A stretch of 62,592 nucleotides of DNA, filler included, from Dugesia japonica (taxonomy: Eukaryota), in NCBI GenBank assembly GCA_001938525.1. It is 6 parts of 6 records of this genome, joined end to end, with 100 filler letters (N's around TTAATTAATTAA, not from the genome) between each part and the next. Parts side by side here need not be neighbours in the genome. Positions count along the whole stretch, not along the records: positions 21,372 to 31,054 come from MQRL01507535.1; positions 31,155 to 42,526 come from MQRL01554059.1; 4 more parts are not named here. One strand, given 5' to 3'. The notes beneath the pieces are model-generated. The model was given only the letters and a program-made list of their open reading frames with translations, was not told the DNA's origin and did no database searches. Both the position numbers and the translations under genes were made by a program. Shown here piece after piece: positions 24,901-40,002 of this stretch. The stretch's first letter is position 1. Each line of letters opens with the position of its first letter.

Positions 24901-26836
24901 AAAGATATCTAGTCTTTTCACACATTTTATTAACTCCATTAATAGTCAGTATATTTTGTAGAATATAAATTGACATTTCTCTTTATTATGATTTTCTGAT
25001 TTTATGCCGCTAAAATGTAGGATTACGCAGTAATATATATATATATATATATATATATACTCAAAATTAATATTTTCAATTCATAAAATTAGACAAATCT
25101 ATCTCATAGAAATGACTTGATCGATGAAAACAAACAATAAAACAATATTATTAGCTTTTATTCTTATTTAGGACCTATCTACCAATTTGTCAGAATGTAA
25201 CGTGAGGTTAGCTAAATTAATTGATTCAGTTATGACTAATTCATTGGAGCATCAAATTGCTGAAATTAAAAATCGTATATTTGAAGATGAAAAAGAAATT
25301 ATAGAACTTCAGAAAAATTGGCAGTTTTTGTTGACGGTTCTAAATGAAAAAGAAAACATATTAACTTTAATCAATTTTATTGAAAGTCGAATAAAATTTT
25401 CNNNNNNNNNNNNNNNNNNNNNNNNNNNNNNNNNNNNNNNNNNNNNNNNNNNNNNNNNNNNNNNNNNNNNNNNNNNNTCTCTAGAAAACAAAATACAAAT
25501 TTTAGTCTCTAGTAAAAATCCATTTTGCCTTTCAGAGTTTGATGAGAACTTTTTCAATTCTGTTGTAGAAAATTTAGAGAATAAACTAGAGATATTAATG
25601 ATTCAGTTAAAAACTGCTCAAAATAAACTTGACGATAAATTGATATATTTGAATAAATTAAATGATTTAAATGAAGAAATTCTACAATTGACAAAAGGAA
25701 TTTTCTCTAATCCATCAGACATCAATGATTGTGATTCTTTAATTTCAACGCTAAATGATTTAGAAATCAAACTTAATGAAATCAATCATCCTGAAATAAT
25801 AGCGAGTAAAAAACAGATAATCGATCATTTGTCAAATATTCTTAATGAAGCACAAAGTGTAATCAAAGAAATTCAAAATAAATTCCATTTATTTGAAAGT
25901 ATAAAAAACGATTTAAAGTCAAATGAATTGAAATTGGAAAATGCTCAAAATTTGTTTTCAAATCCACAGTTAATTGAATTTGTAGAAATTGAAGAATTAC
26001 TTGTAGAAATTGAGAACCAATTAGATTCGATTGAAGAAATTTATCAAAAACATTCTCTGGATTTACTACCGAATTCCAATTTATACCATTTAATTGATGA
26101 AGATTTCTCAAATCAAGCTCAAATACTCAAGGATCTGAAAATTCAAATTGTAGAAAAACGAAAATTGTCCGAAATAGCTCCAGAAGAAACATTTGAACCG
26201 AAATTTGTGGAAAATGTTAATCGAGATTATGGATTTTCGTTTGGTATTGATAATGAAGAAACTGAAATTCCACAATCAGAAAGTGAAGTAAATTTTTAAT
26301 TAGTTTCACACTTGTAATTGAGTTTTTATAAAGAAACATTATATAATAAAAATAATTAAAATCATTATCAAATAATAATATCGATTAGGAATAATACTAT
26401 AAATTATATATATATGACATGAAAAGATTATATACTATTTTCTTTTCCCAGGCTTNNNNNNNNNNNNNNNNNNNNNNNNNNNNNNNNNNNNNNNNNNNNN
26501 NNNNNNNNNNNNNNNNNNNNNNNAATCATAAACAAGAACTAATAGAATTTTCAGATTGGATTGCTAATGAAATGGAATCATTAAATTTAATGGAAAAATC
26601 TCTCGAATTTGATAATTATTCCAATGTTATCAAGGTAACTCTATCAGCATCTTTATTTTCAAATCTAAATGTTAAATTATCTAAATATTAAGCCTTTCAT
26701 TGAACAATTGGAATTAAAGAAAAATGATTTGACTAAGTTGGAAAATTCTTTATCTCAATCTGACAGTAAACAAATATTTACAAAAGAATTACAACTTTTA
26801 AAGTCAAAATTGGCATCTTATGAAGATTATCTTCAA
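21910..26836 (+). CDS. Internal exons of a large spectrin-repeat/coiled-coil gene (nesprin/spectraplakin-like): 21910-22239, 25172-26287, 26452-26634, 26693-26836
   Basis: Phase-0 compatible GT-AG boundaries. Helical E/L/K/I-rich sequence with spectrin-like motif ELIEFSDWIANEME. Family assignment is tentative. Confidence 0.6.
24179..24510. mobile_element. MITE-like element with ~70-bp imperfect inverted ends
   Basis: GCACTCTACCAAACC...AGAAAATATTTTGGTGCAGAA is mirrored by TTCTGAACCAAAAGATTTTCT...GGTTGGAAAGAGTGC. Confidence 0.6.
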
Positions 26837-26987
26837 GTTAGTTATGTTTTTTTTTTNNNNNNNNNNNNNNNNNNNNNNNNNNNNNNNNNNNNNNNNNNNN
26901 NNNNNNNTTTTTTTTCGTGTGTTTATTTTATAGATTTGAAATAGTTATTTAAGACAGAATTAAATTGAAAAATTATATTTCATAATA

Positions 26988-28868
26988 TAAAGTTGTCCGG
27001 AAAATTGTTTTGATTTTTACTCTGAAATAAAAAGCCATTTTTAAACTCAGAAAATTTTTATTTTAAAACATATTGATCATTATTATCGGAAATTTGTTAC
27101 CATTTCTCAATTTATATCCTGATTTCGTTTTCATAAAATTTCTAATTTTGTTCAGGAAAAAACTCTTCCAGGTACGTTTTGATATTGTCATCTGAAGAAA
27201 AGGTTTTCTTAGTCACGGAGTTTTACAGAGACCGAAACAAATAATAGTTTGATGGTGCCATATTAGGACTATATGATGAGTGTGACAGCAAATCTCAGTC
27301 AAGTTCTAGTAATTTTCGTTGAGTCTTCAAAGATATGTGAGGCTTTACGATGTCTTGATGTAGAACAGCACCTTTACGATTTACTAATTCTGAACGTTTT
27401 CGCTGAAATTTTTTTAATTGATGACAGTAAACAATTGAGTAGAGTTCAAAATATACAATTCTCTTATTATTCTTCCATATTGACAAAATGACCTTTTTCT
27501 GGCGAGTTTTAGTCTTTTGTTTTGTTTGAGGTGGTTCACTAGACTAAGAACATGGTCTTCCGCGTTTAATATTATTGTATACAATACAGTTTTTATCTTT
27601 AGTTATGGAATGCTCCAATTACGTCTTAAGAGTATATCGCAAATATTGATTCTTTACATAAAATGAATTTTCTTCACTTTATGTCGAATTCAAATATCGA
27701 ACTTCTTTATGTATCCAAACCTTTTTAATTGGTCACTAACATGTGTTTTCGATAATTCTAACTGTCCTGCTATTTCAAGATCCGTTTGGCGTCTATTTCT
27801 ATCAACTTAAATGATAGCTATCACTTAGGCTTTGGAAGTTTCCAATAACCTACTAAGACGGACAACATTTATAAGTAAGAAATTTCAGAAATCAATTTTT
27901 ACTAATTTTGGCAAGTTCTATTACTGCTTTAGAACCGTACACATCACATGTTTTTGTATGCTTATTTACAACTGATTGGCCTTTCTTGAAATAAAAAAGT
28001 AAAATATGTTTAAATCATAGATTCCCAAACTTATTTGGCCTAGTTATATATCTAGTTCTCTTTGTGGGAGGAGGTATCTTGTATTTCATCGTAAAGTTGA
28101 CTTCACGCGCTTGACGCTTGATAAAAGATTGAAGTTGAAGTTTGTTATTTTCTTGTTTGGATTTATCTGTTGAATTTTCTTCATCAGTGATTAGGTTCCA
28201 ATTGAAGATTAGGTCAGTTATTTTTGAATTACTTGTTATTTTCAATTCGTTCAGAATATCCATTTTCAATCCAGTAAGGTAATTTAGGCTGTCGATTTGG
28301 TTGAGCAGTTTGTTGTCATTGGTTGGGGATTTCTTTACGGCCTCAGGTAAATATCCAATTGAAAATTCGTTGATTTTTTATGATATAGTTTTTTCTAAAT
28401 GAACAAAAAAGATAAACGCATCTATATTTCTTCCTACTTCCTAAAATTTAGTTTTTAGCGGTTATTCTTTATATCCTTACATTATAAATGAAATTATAAG
28501 CTTCCTAATCTACAATATTATTTTTAAAGAAAATGAAATACGTNNNNNNNNNNNNNNNNNNNNNNNNNNNNNNNNNNNNNGACCGCTTCCTTATTTTTAT
28601 TCAGCGGCCCTACTGCAGCCGAGGCTAATATCGCCCCCTGAATTTTTTTGGCGCCCTTAAGGGGGCGGTATCGCCAACTTTGTGAAACACTGGTCTAAAT
28701 GTAAATTTTTCCTGTCAATATGGAAAATGATGGAAAATGACGCCAAACAAGTGTAAACAACTGAAATCAATTAATATATTTAAATAGATTTATTACTTTC
28801 ATAAATACGTAAAAATTTATTAAAGTCGTGTGCTGGTATAGGCCGAAAGAATTTTGCGGACAACCTAA
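26988..28868 (-). mobile_element. Degenerate mariner element with nested insertions
   Basis: TIRs TAAAGTTGTCCGGAAAATT / AATTTTGCGGACAACCTAA with TA flanks. Transposase remnants LVNRKGAVLHQD...PH and YSPNMAPSNYYLFRSL (YSPDLAP motif). Confidence 0.8.
28581..28692. mobile_element. hAT/Charlie-like element end nested in the mariner
   Basis: Reverse complement CAGTGTTTCACAAAGTTGGCG, flanked by GTCTAAAT (Charlie-type target). Confidence 0.5.
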
Positions 28869-29114
28869 TAATTAAGAGTGAAATAAATGATGTCAAATAA
28901 CGTGTTTAAAATGATGGCTTTAACTGTTATAAATTTGAAAATATCATTTTAACTAAATGTTTTGCAGTAATTTTAGTCAAATTTTTCATTAGGTATATGA
29001 AATCTAAAATTTTTTAAACGTTTATAATTATATAATTTATAAATTAACTAATTAATTTTAATTAATTATTAACTAGTAACTCATTGTTAATTAATTAAAT
29101 TTACTTTTTAGTAA

Positions 29115-31054
29115 TGCAAATATAAAATTTTTAAAATTTTTATTATATTTTCAAAATAACGAATTCCTGCTCATTAATGTTTCGATAAAATTGTTAAAAT
29201 TATATTAAATTTATTAATTGATATTTCTTAGCTCGCGAAGTCAAATGCAGCTTTCATGTGTGTTATCAATGATATTTTTATTTTTAGATTGATTCTATCA
29301 AATGTTTACAATAAACTTCACAGTTAAACAATAAAACAGGAATAAAATTACACAAAACTCTTTAATCAATACATTTATTAATTTTGATCGAAGCTTTATC
29401 TTATTTTAATGAAATTTCAAATGCGATCAATGGTTAACTGTCCAACAATTATTCTCACAATAATTGTAATTATAAAAATATTTATTCATGATCATATAGA
29501 AGTTTTGCAACACATTTAGCTGTTTCTTGACATATATCTAAAGTACTCTTCACATGCTCACTCTGTCACTTTATAAAGCTTAACCAAGACCATATCCGAT
29601 AAGCTTCCTTCCCCAATTTAAGTGTGGCTTAATCCTTCTTTAAATTTGGAAAAAGAATCCCCAATGGGTTGAGCATATATGAATATGGCTATAGAAATTA
29701 AAATTCAAATGCAAACAATACAGTAATCCTGTGGTCATCTTCTTATTTATGAATTCAACGATTGTCCAGAATAATACAAACATGCTCCATCTCCATATTA
29801 TAATATTGACATAAACTAGATAGTTAACATTTAACGAAACCTTAAACATTATAAAAAATAATTAACAAAAAATTTAGATGAATTTAAAGAAGTATATTAA
29901 AAATCTAAAAATATTTTTATTAGAATACTCTAGAAAATACAACGGATCTTGATAATTATTTATCTAATTTTCGAAAAATGGCCAACTTTGTATTCGATTG
30001 GATAAAATCCAGTAAATCTATCTTGAATGAAGAGATTTCTCCTATACAATACATGCAAATNNNNNNNNNNNNNNNNNNNNNNNNNNNNNNNNNNNNNNNN
30101 NNNNNNNNNNTGCAAATATAAAATTTTTAAAATTTTTATTATATTTTCAAAATAACGAATTCCTGCTCATTAATGTTTCGATAATATTGTTAAAATTATA
30201 TTAAATATATTAATTGATATTTCTTAGCTCGCGAAGTCAAATGCAGCTTTCATGTGTGTTGTCAATGATATTTTTATTTTTAGATTGATTCTATCAAATG
30301 TTTACAATAAACTTCAGAGTTAAACAATAAAACAGGAATAAAATTACACAAAACTCTTTAATCAATACATTTATTCATTTTGATCGAAGCTTTATCTTAT
30401 TTTAATGAAATCTCAAATGCGATCAATGGTTAAGTCCAACAATTATTCTCGCAATAAGTGTAATTATAAAAATATTTATTCATGATCATATAGAAGTTTT
30501 GCCACACATTTAGCTGTTTCTTGACATATATCTAAAGAACTCTTCACATGCTCACTCTGTCACTTTATATAGCTTAACTAAGACCATATCCGATAAGCTT
30601 CCTTCCCCAATTTAAGTGTGACTTAATCCTTCTTTAAATTTTGAAAAAGCATCCCCAATGGGTTGAGCATATATGAATATGGCTATAGAAATTAAAATTC
30701 AAATGCAAACAATACAGTAATCCTGTGGTCATCTTCTTATTTATGAATTCAACGATTGTCCAGAATAATACAAACATGCTCCATCTCCATATTATAATAT
30801 TGACATAAACTAGATAGTTAACATTTAACGAAACCTTAAACATTATAAAAAATAATTAACAAAAAATTTAGATGAATTTAAAGAAGTATATTAAAAATCT
30901 AAAAATATTTTTATTAGAATACTCTAGAAAATACAACGGATCTTGATAATTATTTATCTAATTTTCGAAAAATGGCCAACTTTGTATTCGATTGGATAAA
31001 ATCCAGTAAATCTATCTTGAATGAAGAGATTTCTCCTATACAATACATGCAAAT
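29115..31054. repeat. Near-identical ~945-bp tandem duplication (29115-30060 and 30111-31054)
   Basis: Direct comparison shows few substitutions. Each unit ends and begins with TGCAAAT. Confidence 0.9.
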
Positions 31055-31154
31055 NNNNNNNNNNNNNNNNNNNNNNNNNNNNNNNNNNNNNNNNNNNNTT
31101 AATTAATTAANNNNNNNNNNNNNNNNNNNNNNNNNNNNNNNNNNNNNNNNNNNN

Positions 31155-31325
31155 GGTATACCAAAGAAGGAGTTCCAGAAGGCATTTGAAAATTGGATTA
31201 CACGCTGGCATAGGTGCATTGAGGTTAACAGAGACTACTTAGAAGGTGATAATTAAAATTGTATTGAATTAATAGTTTGTATCATTTTTAATTCAGTTGT
31301 TTTGGTATTTTTTGATCATAGTAGT
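31155..31325 (+). mobile_element. Mariner transposase C-terminus and 3' end
   Basis: GIPKKEFQKAFENWITRWHRCIEVNRDYLEGDN*, followed by a (TA)n flank. Confidence 0.7.
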
Positions 31326-34300
31326 ATATATATATATATATATATATATCACGCANNNNNNNNNNNNNNNNNNNNNNNNNNNNNNNNNNNNNNNNNNNNN
31401 NNNNNTATATATATATATATATATATATATCACGCAGTTACTCAGTTAATATATTTGTACATATTTTAAACTCAGTTAATCAGTTAATAATAATAATAAT
31501 AATAAAATTAATAATAAATGATAATATTAATAATAATAATTGAGAGATACTAAATCAATACTCAAGAACTGTATAATGCATGCATGAAGCATTAACAATG
31601 CAAAGAGAACAAAGAAGATGACTCATACATATGTGTCAGAAATGTCTAAACAAAGTGTTGATAAAACCATTATTAAAAATGATTGAATGCAAAGATATTG
31701 ATATTGATTACAGCGACGGTTAATATTCTGAGTATAATGAATGTATTGTATATACAAGACCTAAACAAGGTATATATCATATGCATGAAATAAACAGAGT
31801 AGAAGGTTCGTTTATTTATTAAGATTACTTAATAAATTAATTTGTTTTTAGAAATTGTTAAAGATATTTTAGAAGACGAATACTATAATTTATGAGGTGA
31901 TTCAGTATACTGGGCTCCTGAAATATATTGGCAACGCGTTAAAATGTATAATACAGTAGACATTGAAGAAACCAATCAAAATCTACTTTGATGAACCAAT
32001 TAGTTGTCTATATTCTTGAAAATGTTGTCAATTAACAAAACTTAGAACAATTATAAAACAATTTATTAAATAAATCGTTGCTAATAAATCTCGTTTCTCA
32101 TTGTATTTGTACTATTAATTGTGTTTAATATTTAAATAATAAGACAGCAGTAATAAAATACATAAGTAATAACTAAAAGACATGTTGAAATTAAAATATT
32201 TATTAGCATAACAAATCTATTTTATCTTTTGCATGATTTTAACTTTCCTATAAATGCGAGATCTCTCAGCAGCTGGTTACTTTTCCTCATCAGGTCTTTA
32301 TCATTCCTCATTTCGTTCCATTTCATTAACAACTCATTTTGACAAATCCGTTTGTTCTTATCCGGATATGTATCGAGGAGTTCGGATAAAGTGAGTATTT
32401 TATCAAATATATATTATTTATAATTAAATTAATTTAATATTACTTTTCAGACATACGTTGGTTTCAATTCAGGCTTCAAGTAGATGTTCTTTATTACTTT
32501 ATACTCAACAAAATGTTACCTTAGGTTAATGCTAGTTTATTCAATTCTCAAAATGGTATAGTCGGTATTATTGTTCTTTTGTTTATGCGTTTCGTCTGTG
32601 ACCATTATTACACATACTGTCGTGATGAATACATATGCATCTTCACTCCATGAGTTAACTTGTAATTTTAACTATGAAGAATTCTTCATTCCAATTGTTA
32701 AAAATATTATGAATTTCCTTATTTTTATGTTGAAATGCTTTTTTACGGGTATGTAACAAGAATAATTCTTTGTTGTATAATACTCAAAACTTGCCAATCG
32801 ACTCTATAGGTATTGTTGCAACCTTTTTATTTGCGACTGCGCGTCAAAGGTGATGTTTTTACCCCTTTTCTTTGCTCAACTCACTTATCCAGCTCGAAAA
32901 TAATGTCACTCTTTATAAATATACAGTATGAACAAAATGTTTATTTTAACATACAAAAATTTTGCAATATAGTATCTTTTCATGGAAGGATTGTTACTTT
33001 ATCCTTGCTAGCCATCACTTTCCTGATTAACATAGCCCACTTTTCAAGTACCGCTTTAAGTGCATAATACCTAAAAGAAGGTACAATAAAGAACATAAAC
33101 GAGATTTTAAACACAACAGGTTTAGATTTATATATAGGTCTCACAGTTAGGTCTGGTTCAAATATAATAATTCCTAATAATTTCTCACTAAAAGCAGTAC
33201 ATTATCTCTTCCCCTTTGTTTTCTTGCCTCTGGCTTTAAGTAAGATTATTAAAAGATGTAAACGTTATCTCATTAAATTATTATGGATTGTGGGTTTAAA
33301 AAGGATTCAGTTTTTTAAAAACTAGATGTAGTATCAGGCTGATTACAGCACATTTCTCTCTAAAGTTAGTATATCAAGTTTGTTATTTATTCAGAAATTG
33401 AAATGCGACTTATAATTAGATTTAGGTTTATATGTTTAGAGTAATAATAATAAATAACAATGAATAATAAAATTCAATAGAAAAAATGAAATTTTTTTCA
33501 AAGTTACGTCTTATTTTCGATTTAACTATTAAAACTTGATTGTGTGTGTATATATATATATAGAATCTATATGTCTTATAGAATCGAGTTTTACTAGTTA
33601 AATAGAAACTTTTTTATTTTAGTGATATCTTCCAATCAAACTTAATTTGACTTTACACGGAAAAGTTAAATTTGATAAAAAGATTAAAGGTTAATTAAAA
33701 CAAGTTAGCTTATTGGAAATTCCAATAACAGAAAAATATTCAATTCTAAAACTTATTTAACAGTTCGCCATCACAAACCATCTTTTGGAAGGCTTCAACA
33801 GTGATCCTAATTTGAGATTAAAAGACATTTTAGAAATATAAATCATTTTATGATTGTGGACTTGTTCAAAGTAGCGAATTGTACCAAGCTTCCCCCACCG
33901 GCAAACTGTATAGAAATTTGGTGGTGAGACCTTTTACCTGGTATATAATTTGTAGATGAGAAATTTACACAAAAAACTACTTAAATATTGTTTCATTGAA
34001 AATCTGTTTCCTTAAATAACATACCATTTTTAATTTTTTAAGAAGTTAAAAAATTTTTAAAGAGTTTTTTATTTTATCTTCTTCAGAAGTTGTATTTATT
34101 TAATATTTATTTTTATTTAAAAATTGTTAAAAATATTTTCCAGAATTTTTTACAATTTTTATGTAGATATTAATTTCAAATCAAAATTTAAAAAATTTGT
34201 GAATAAGTACACTGAATTTATCGAATAAAACAAACAGGATACTGAGATTTATTTATTATATAAATTTAAATATTACACAATGAAAAATATTAATAATTAA

Positions 34301-34752
34301 ATTAATGCAATTCAGAGTTGAAATAATAACGGAAAATAAGTTCTCCATTAAAAATCAAATCATCAAAAGATATTGAGAATTAATTTTACATTTGTTTTTG
34401 ATAAATGTAAGTCTCATTAACTCTTGCGATTGTAGGCTAATTATATTGCGTTTGTGCAATAATATTATTCCACTTTTGTTAATTATCCAGTAAAATAAGA
34501 TAAATAAAATCCATTAACAACATGAACTCAAAAATATAATTTATTAACAAATTTAAATTGTAATATTTTATAATTTATGAATTTTTTCTAAATACTTTCA
34601 ATCAGACTATCAATTTTCTTAAAATCTGACTGCCAATTCTTTCTAAATTTTCAAAATACAAGAAAATTTATGTAATTGGATCATTTCTTTTGTTGATTAA
34701 TAAGTTAACTGCTATATGGTTTTTTCTTGGTCAAAGGATTAGAAAGGAATTA

Positions 34753-36258
34753 CTATACCTTTTCAATTTCAAATTTGGAATAAACAATTTCAAATTGGGA
34801 ATAAACAATTTTACATTAGGAATAATTTATTTGAAGTTGAAAATAGACAACAATACATTAAAATATAAAATAGAAATTAAAAACCCAAACATTTGGATTA
34901 AATGTACAGAATAAGTTAGAACACATATCATTGCAAAAATACCATTAAAATCGAACACCCGTCACATTTAACCCATCAGGTATGAATCTTTGTACATGAG
35001 CGATATATCTGGTGTATTCCATAGCTGTTACATTTATTATATTTTCAATTATTATGGTTTCTAACTTCTGTAAACGATATTCGCTTGGGTCATATTGACT
35101 CTGTCATCACCAGACAAAATTTGTGGCATTTGATTGACCAAAACTCTTTTAACGTCAGCTTTTAAGCTTGACCAAGCATGCTCGATAGCATTAAACATTG
35201 GGCTATATGATACAAGTCTTAGAAATCGATGACCAACTAATTCATTTTCCAGAAATACTTCTTCGATTGAAGTATGACAAGGCGCATTATCAGTTACTAA
35301 TAAAACTTTTGATTGATACACGATTTGAGCATTCCGAAGGTAATAGCGTACAAATTCTTTGACTTCTGACTCCTTAAAAGTTCCTTTTTTAACTTCCTGA
35401 TAAACCAAACTCATATTTCCAATACTTCCAATAACATGAATATTTTCTCCTTTGGAGCAAGCCGAAATATGTGTACAACGACTTTTTTTTAGATCGACCA
35501 TTTCTTCTTGATATAAATATCCATACAAATAATGGAAATATTTTCTGCTTGGTATTCTAAAAGTTTTTGAGCATAATTATGCATTGAAGTTTTATTCTCC
35601 TTAGTGTTTGCTTTATAAGGTTCCCTATGAATATCTTTTAATGTAAACAACATGCCATCTCGGTGTTTCCGTAAATATTCCGTAGAAACATCAATTTAAT
35701 GATCTTCATAAAAGTTTTTGTTTTAATTCTTTCAAAGTTATTCTTGGGTTATCTTCAACATACTGCTNCATAAAGACAGCAAAAGTTATAGATATTCTCC
35801 TTCCACCACGTTGTTTTTCGTTTTCTTGTTGATTGATCTATCGATAAGCGGTGGATTTTTTCACTCCTAATGTATTTGCAAGCAATCTCCAATCACCATT
35901 ATTATTAAATAATGTACAAAGTTGGTTTTTAATATTGACATCTTCTGCNTTTTTTATGTATGCCCTTTTTCAAAATCAATAATATAAGATTTAATTGATT
36001 TTTTAAACCATAATAATTGCAAACTATATGAAATCTAACAGTTGTCCACCAGATATATCACTCATATATACAAAGATGCTCGATTTAATGGTATTCTTTT
36101 GCTATGAAATGTGTCTTAACATATTCTCATTCTAAGTGTATATTGTTTTTTTTAATTTTTATTTTATAATTAAAAGTATAGTTGCCCATTTTTAACTTTA
36201 AATTAATTATTCTCGTTGTGAAATTGTTTATTCCAAATTTAAAGCTGAAAAGGTATAG
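34753..36258 (-). mobile_element. Tc1/IS630-type DNA transposon with long (~210-260 bp) TIRs and a decayed transposase
   Basis: CTATACCTTTTCA... / ...TGAAAAGGTATAG, with mirrored internal TIR segments. ORF motifs DNAPCH and YSPMFNAIEHAWS. Confidence 0.85.
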
Positions 36259-37199
36259 TTTTAATAAATATTAAACAAAAATCAATAAGTTAATAATTAA
36301 AATTAATTAATTATAAATAGTGTACATATTTTGATTTTCGTAAATTCTCTAGTGATTAAGAAACGATATTATAAAGATTAATGATCCTTTTAAGTCCGGT
36401 GACTCCTATGCTGCATTAAGAATAGTTAATGGTTGTGAACTTATGTTGTCATCAAAGTTTGTCGAAGACATTTCCAATGTACTATCAGGACTTATTGTTT
36501 TAATCCACAAGAACTACCCCATGATTCTAAATTTTTAATTATTTTAACAAAATATAATTTAAAATATAAATGTAATACTGTTGGGTATTAGGCTTTTGAT
36601 ACTGATGTATCACCTCGTCATTACTGTCAACTTTCATAATTATTCAGTTTTTCTCTTTCGTAAATGTTTAAGGGGCATATCTAAAACCATATTTAAAACC
36701 AAGCTGTGCCATGCCCCTCTTTTTCCGAGTTCAGCCAGACTTTATGGTTTCTCATCTAAGTTGTAAGGATGAAAGCTGACAACAATCATTTTTGCTCAGT
36801 AAGTTCATTTCATACTTTTCTCATAAACGATTTATCGATCAAGTTCAATATTATGGATAATCATATTTAGTCAAATTAATAATAAAATAACACACGATTA
36901 CTAAGTTTTATTTAACAACCTTCTCTTTTCATCCTTCCAAATCTACTGCACTTTCTCAATCTTCAGTTTCATTCTTCGCCAATTGATAGGACAACCACAG
37001 AGTCTCCAACAAAGCGGCTTCTCTCTCGGTGTATATCATAATGATATCCACCACCAACCGGATAGTCTGTTGCAACACTACTTCTCTGTATTTATGCTGA
37101 ATTATATTTGTTTCCGCTTAAGTGTGCAGTTGCTTTAATCGCAAAATATCCAATCGTAGCTGTCTTTTCACCTTTTTCAATTTCTTTTGTATTATTAAT

Positions 37200-37870
37200 A
37201 CTTCATTTTTATTTAGAGTTTCTTCCAGTTTTTTAGACACTTATCCAATCAATAATAAGATAATAGATAATCAATCGTTATTTATTTTTATTGGAATAAT
37301 ACAATATATATTTCAAGGGGTTACTACATTTGAAATGAAGAAATGAAATTGATTTCCCTCAAATTGATAAAATATGAATTCCTAAATATTGGTTATTCTA
37401 ATAAAATAATATCTAAATATTTATCGTTGAATACAAAATTTAATAAAATCAAACACAATAATCAAATTACCTTTTAATAATGAGAAATGCAGTCAAATAA
37501 TGCAAAGTATATTAAAAAATCGAAACTCAAACATAATCCAAGATTTATTTTCCAAACACAAGCACCTTTGAGTATTCAATTAGAGAAACCAAGACAAAGC
37601 TTTTGTGGTCTCAAATACACTTGTGATGTTAGAAATATATTCAATAAGAAAAATATATATAAAATAACGTGCACCTTATGTAAAGATACATATATATTAG
37701 AAACATGCATAATCATCCATACAAGAATTAAGGAACATCTCAAACAGAAAGAAAGTGAAGTCTTCAAACACTATTAAAACAAACATAAAATTTCACCAGG
37801 AAAACATCATAATTCATGGAATACATTAGAAACAAACTAAATTTCTACTTTTGACAAAAAGAAACTAAGA
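37200..37870 (+). mobile_element. Penelope-like GIY-YIG endonuclease remnant
   Basis: NIYKITCTLCKDTYILET...TRIKEH. Confidence 0.7.
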
Positions 37871-39321
37871 AATATTGATCAAAGAATATAAACGTTTTCA
37901 TACCACATTCTCTCGGTAGCCTCATTTAAATTCAGGATAGTTGATACACTGGGTAATTGGTTAGTCTGAGATAGTATTAATTCTACATTAGAGGTTTGTA
38001 ACTCTTCAATTTGCTATCGTAGTTCCTCAATTATTCTGTTATATTCAATGTCTCAATATGCAAAGTCTAGCTCTTTGGAATTCGTTTCATCTGTTTGTAC
38101 ACTATTTTATATAGTCAGTAAATCCTCTGTACATAAAAATTTCGGTTCTCAACTATGTTTGCATTTAATTGTCGGTTTTGATGTAACTGTTCTGTTAACG
38201 AATTTTAATCCTGTTTTATTTCACTACAGTGCTCTATCCATAATTTCTCCGTTAAATATAAAGATTCAAAGTTGGGATTATTGATTGCGTATACGTTTGT
38301 GTCGGTTTCCTCTAAAATCACTCGATCAATGGAATCTAGATCCGTATTGACTGCAACGTTCTCACTTATTGCTTCTCGTTTTGGCTCTATTTCTATTAAA
38401 AATACAATACTTCAATATACTTAATATTATGATCCATCAAAATGTTTTATACTGCCACTCAAATTCTCTCATTTTAAATTTTCGATTACTCTAAAATTTT
38501 ATTCTACTATTACATTTCAAGTTTTCTAACAAATTTTATTGCAAACCTTACTATTAAATTTTAGATATATTATTTAAAATACAATAATAATGCAAAAGGG
38601 CTATGTAATGAGGACTTAATGATTACATAGTGATAACATAACAACTACACAATGATTATGTAATGGAAATTTAACTATTACATACTTATTATGTCATGGT
38701 TTCCATGGCAACAAATATACCCCTGCTATAGACTCTTTGTTTCTATCTACTCATTTATATAATGTTTTAATTATTCATGATTTAAGATTAGCGTTCTCCT
38801 TTATACATCATCCTGAATCTCAAATAATTCCTTTCATTAAACATTAAATTTATTAAGACATAAAAAGCACCTCAAGTTCAATAATTTGCACACTAGTTTC
38901 ATTAAACATAATAATTTAAATTTAAATATACAATAGATTCAATAATTCGTAGACTAGTTGTTAATCACATAACATTTCCATATGTCATATGTTAATTGTA
39001 TAAAGCATTATTTTTAGTAGAATAAAATTATAATTAATTTCTTGCATTTTAAAAGGAATAATTGCTAAATGTTTTCATGAGTTAATGTTAGTAGATTAAA
39101 GAACATTAATTTAACTTGAATGGTGGTATTTAATACACACGTATTTAAATACAATTATCAACAACATAGATACGAACATAACAGAATTCGAATACAATGA
39201 TGATGAGAAGCCACAATGGGGCCATGTGATAAATTTATAAAAAACGAGCAGGTACAAGGAAATGAATTTGATGAAGATATAGAAAAGCAATGGTTACAAG
39301 GAGAATATGATGAGTTTATTG

Positions 39322-39510
39322 ATCATGAATCAAAATCTCTATTGTAACTAAAGAGATTTTTTATTAATTTTTTTATTGTAATACTACATTTTTTTGTAAT
39401 ATCATAAATATCATAATATCATGAATCAAAATCTCTATTGTAACTAAAGAGATTTTTTATTTATTTTTTTATTGTAATAATACATTTTTTTGTAATATCA
39501 TATATATCAT
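39322..39510. repeat. ~95-bp tandem duplication
   Basis: ATCATGAATCAAAATCTCTATTGTAACTAAAGAG... occurs twice. Confidence 0.85.
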
Positions 39511-39737
39511 ATATATTTCATAGTCATCAGTGTAATTTTCCTTTGAATAATTAAAAGTTGTTTCAGATATTTGCATCAAAACATCGATTCTTGAAAAATA
39601 GAGTATTTAAAACATGAATATCGTTTAGTTATATTTCGGAAACAGGCATATTATAAATATATATGATCATCAGATTTCATTTGTATTTTAATAAAACATA
39701 AATGATGCCTATAATTTAATCTTAAAAGTTATTAATT

Positions 39738-40002
39738 TAGAGGCGTAGCTAGTGTGTTAGGCACCCGGGGACAAGTTTCATATTTTGCGCCCCCCACTGA
39801 AAAATTAAGAGTCATCCAATGTAACGGCTAAAATAAAGACTAATAAAGAAACTGATGCAGACAAAACATGTGATTAGTCAAACAAGAAGTAATACAAACG
39901 AAATACTATACAGAATACAAATATTTAAAACCACATTTTGGCGCCTCCTGGTCTGGCGCCCATGGTAACTTGTCTCCCTTGTGACCCCTAGTTACACCCC
40001 TG
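39738..40002. mobile_element. hAT-type MITE with 8-bp TSD TATTAATT
   Basis: TAGAGGCGTAGCTAG / CTAGTTACACCCCTG termini. TATTAATT at 39730-39737 and 40003-40010. Confidence 0.85.

Noticed and set aside
29640-29849. Duplicated hydrophobic 69-aa ORF
   Set aside because: Its identity with 30634-30843 reflects the recent duplication only, with no sign of coding constraint.
37900-38400. Decayed minus-strand coiled-coil frame containing IVENR, like ORF 13338
   Set aside because: The match is too short and the frame has many stops.
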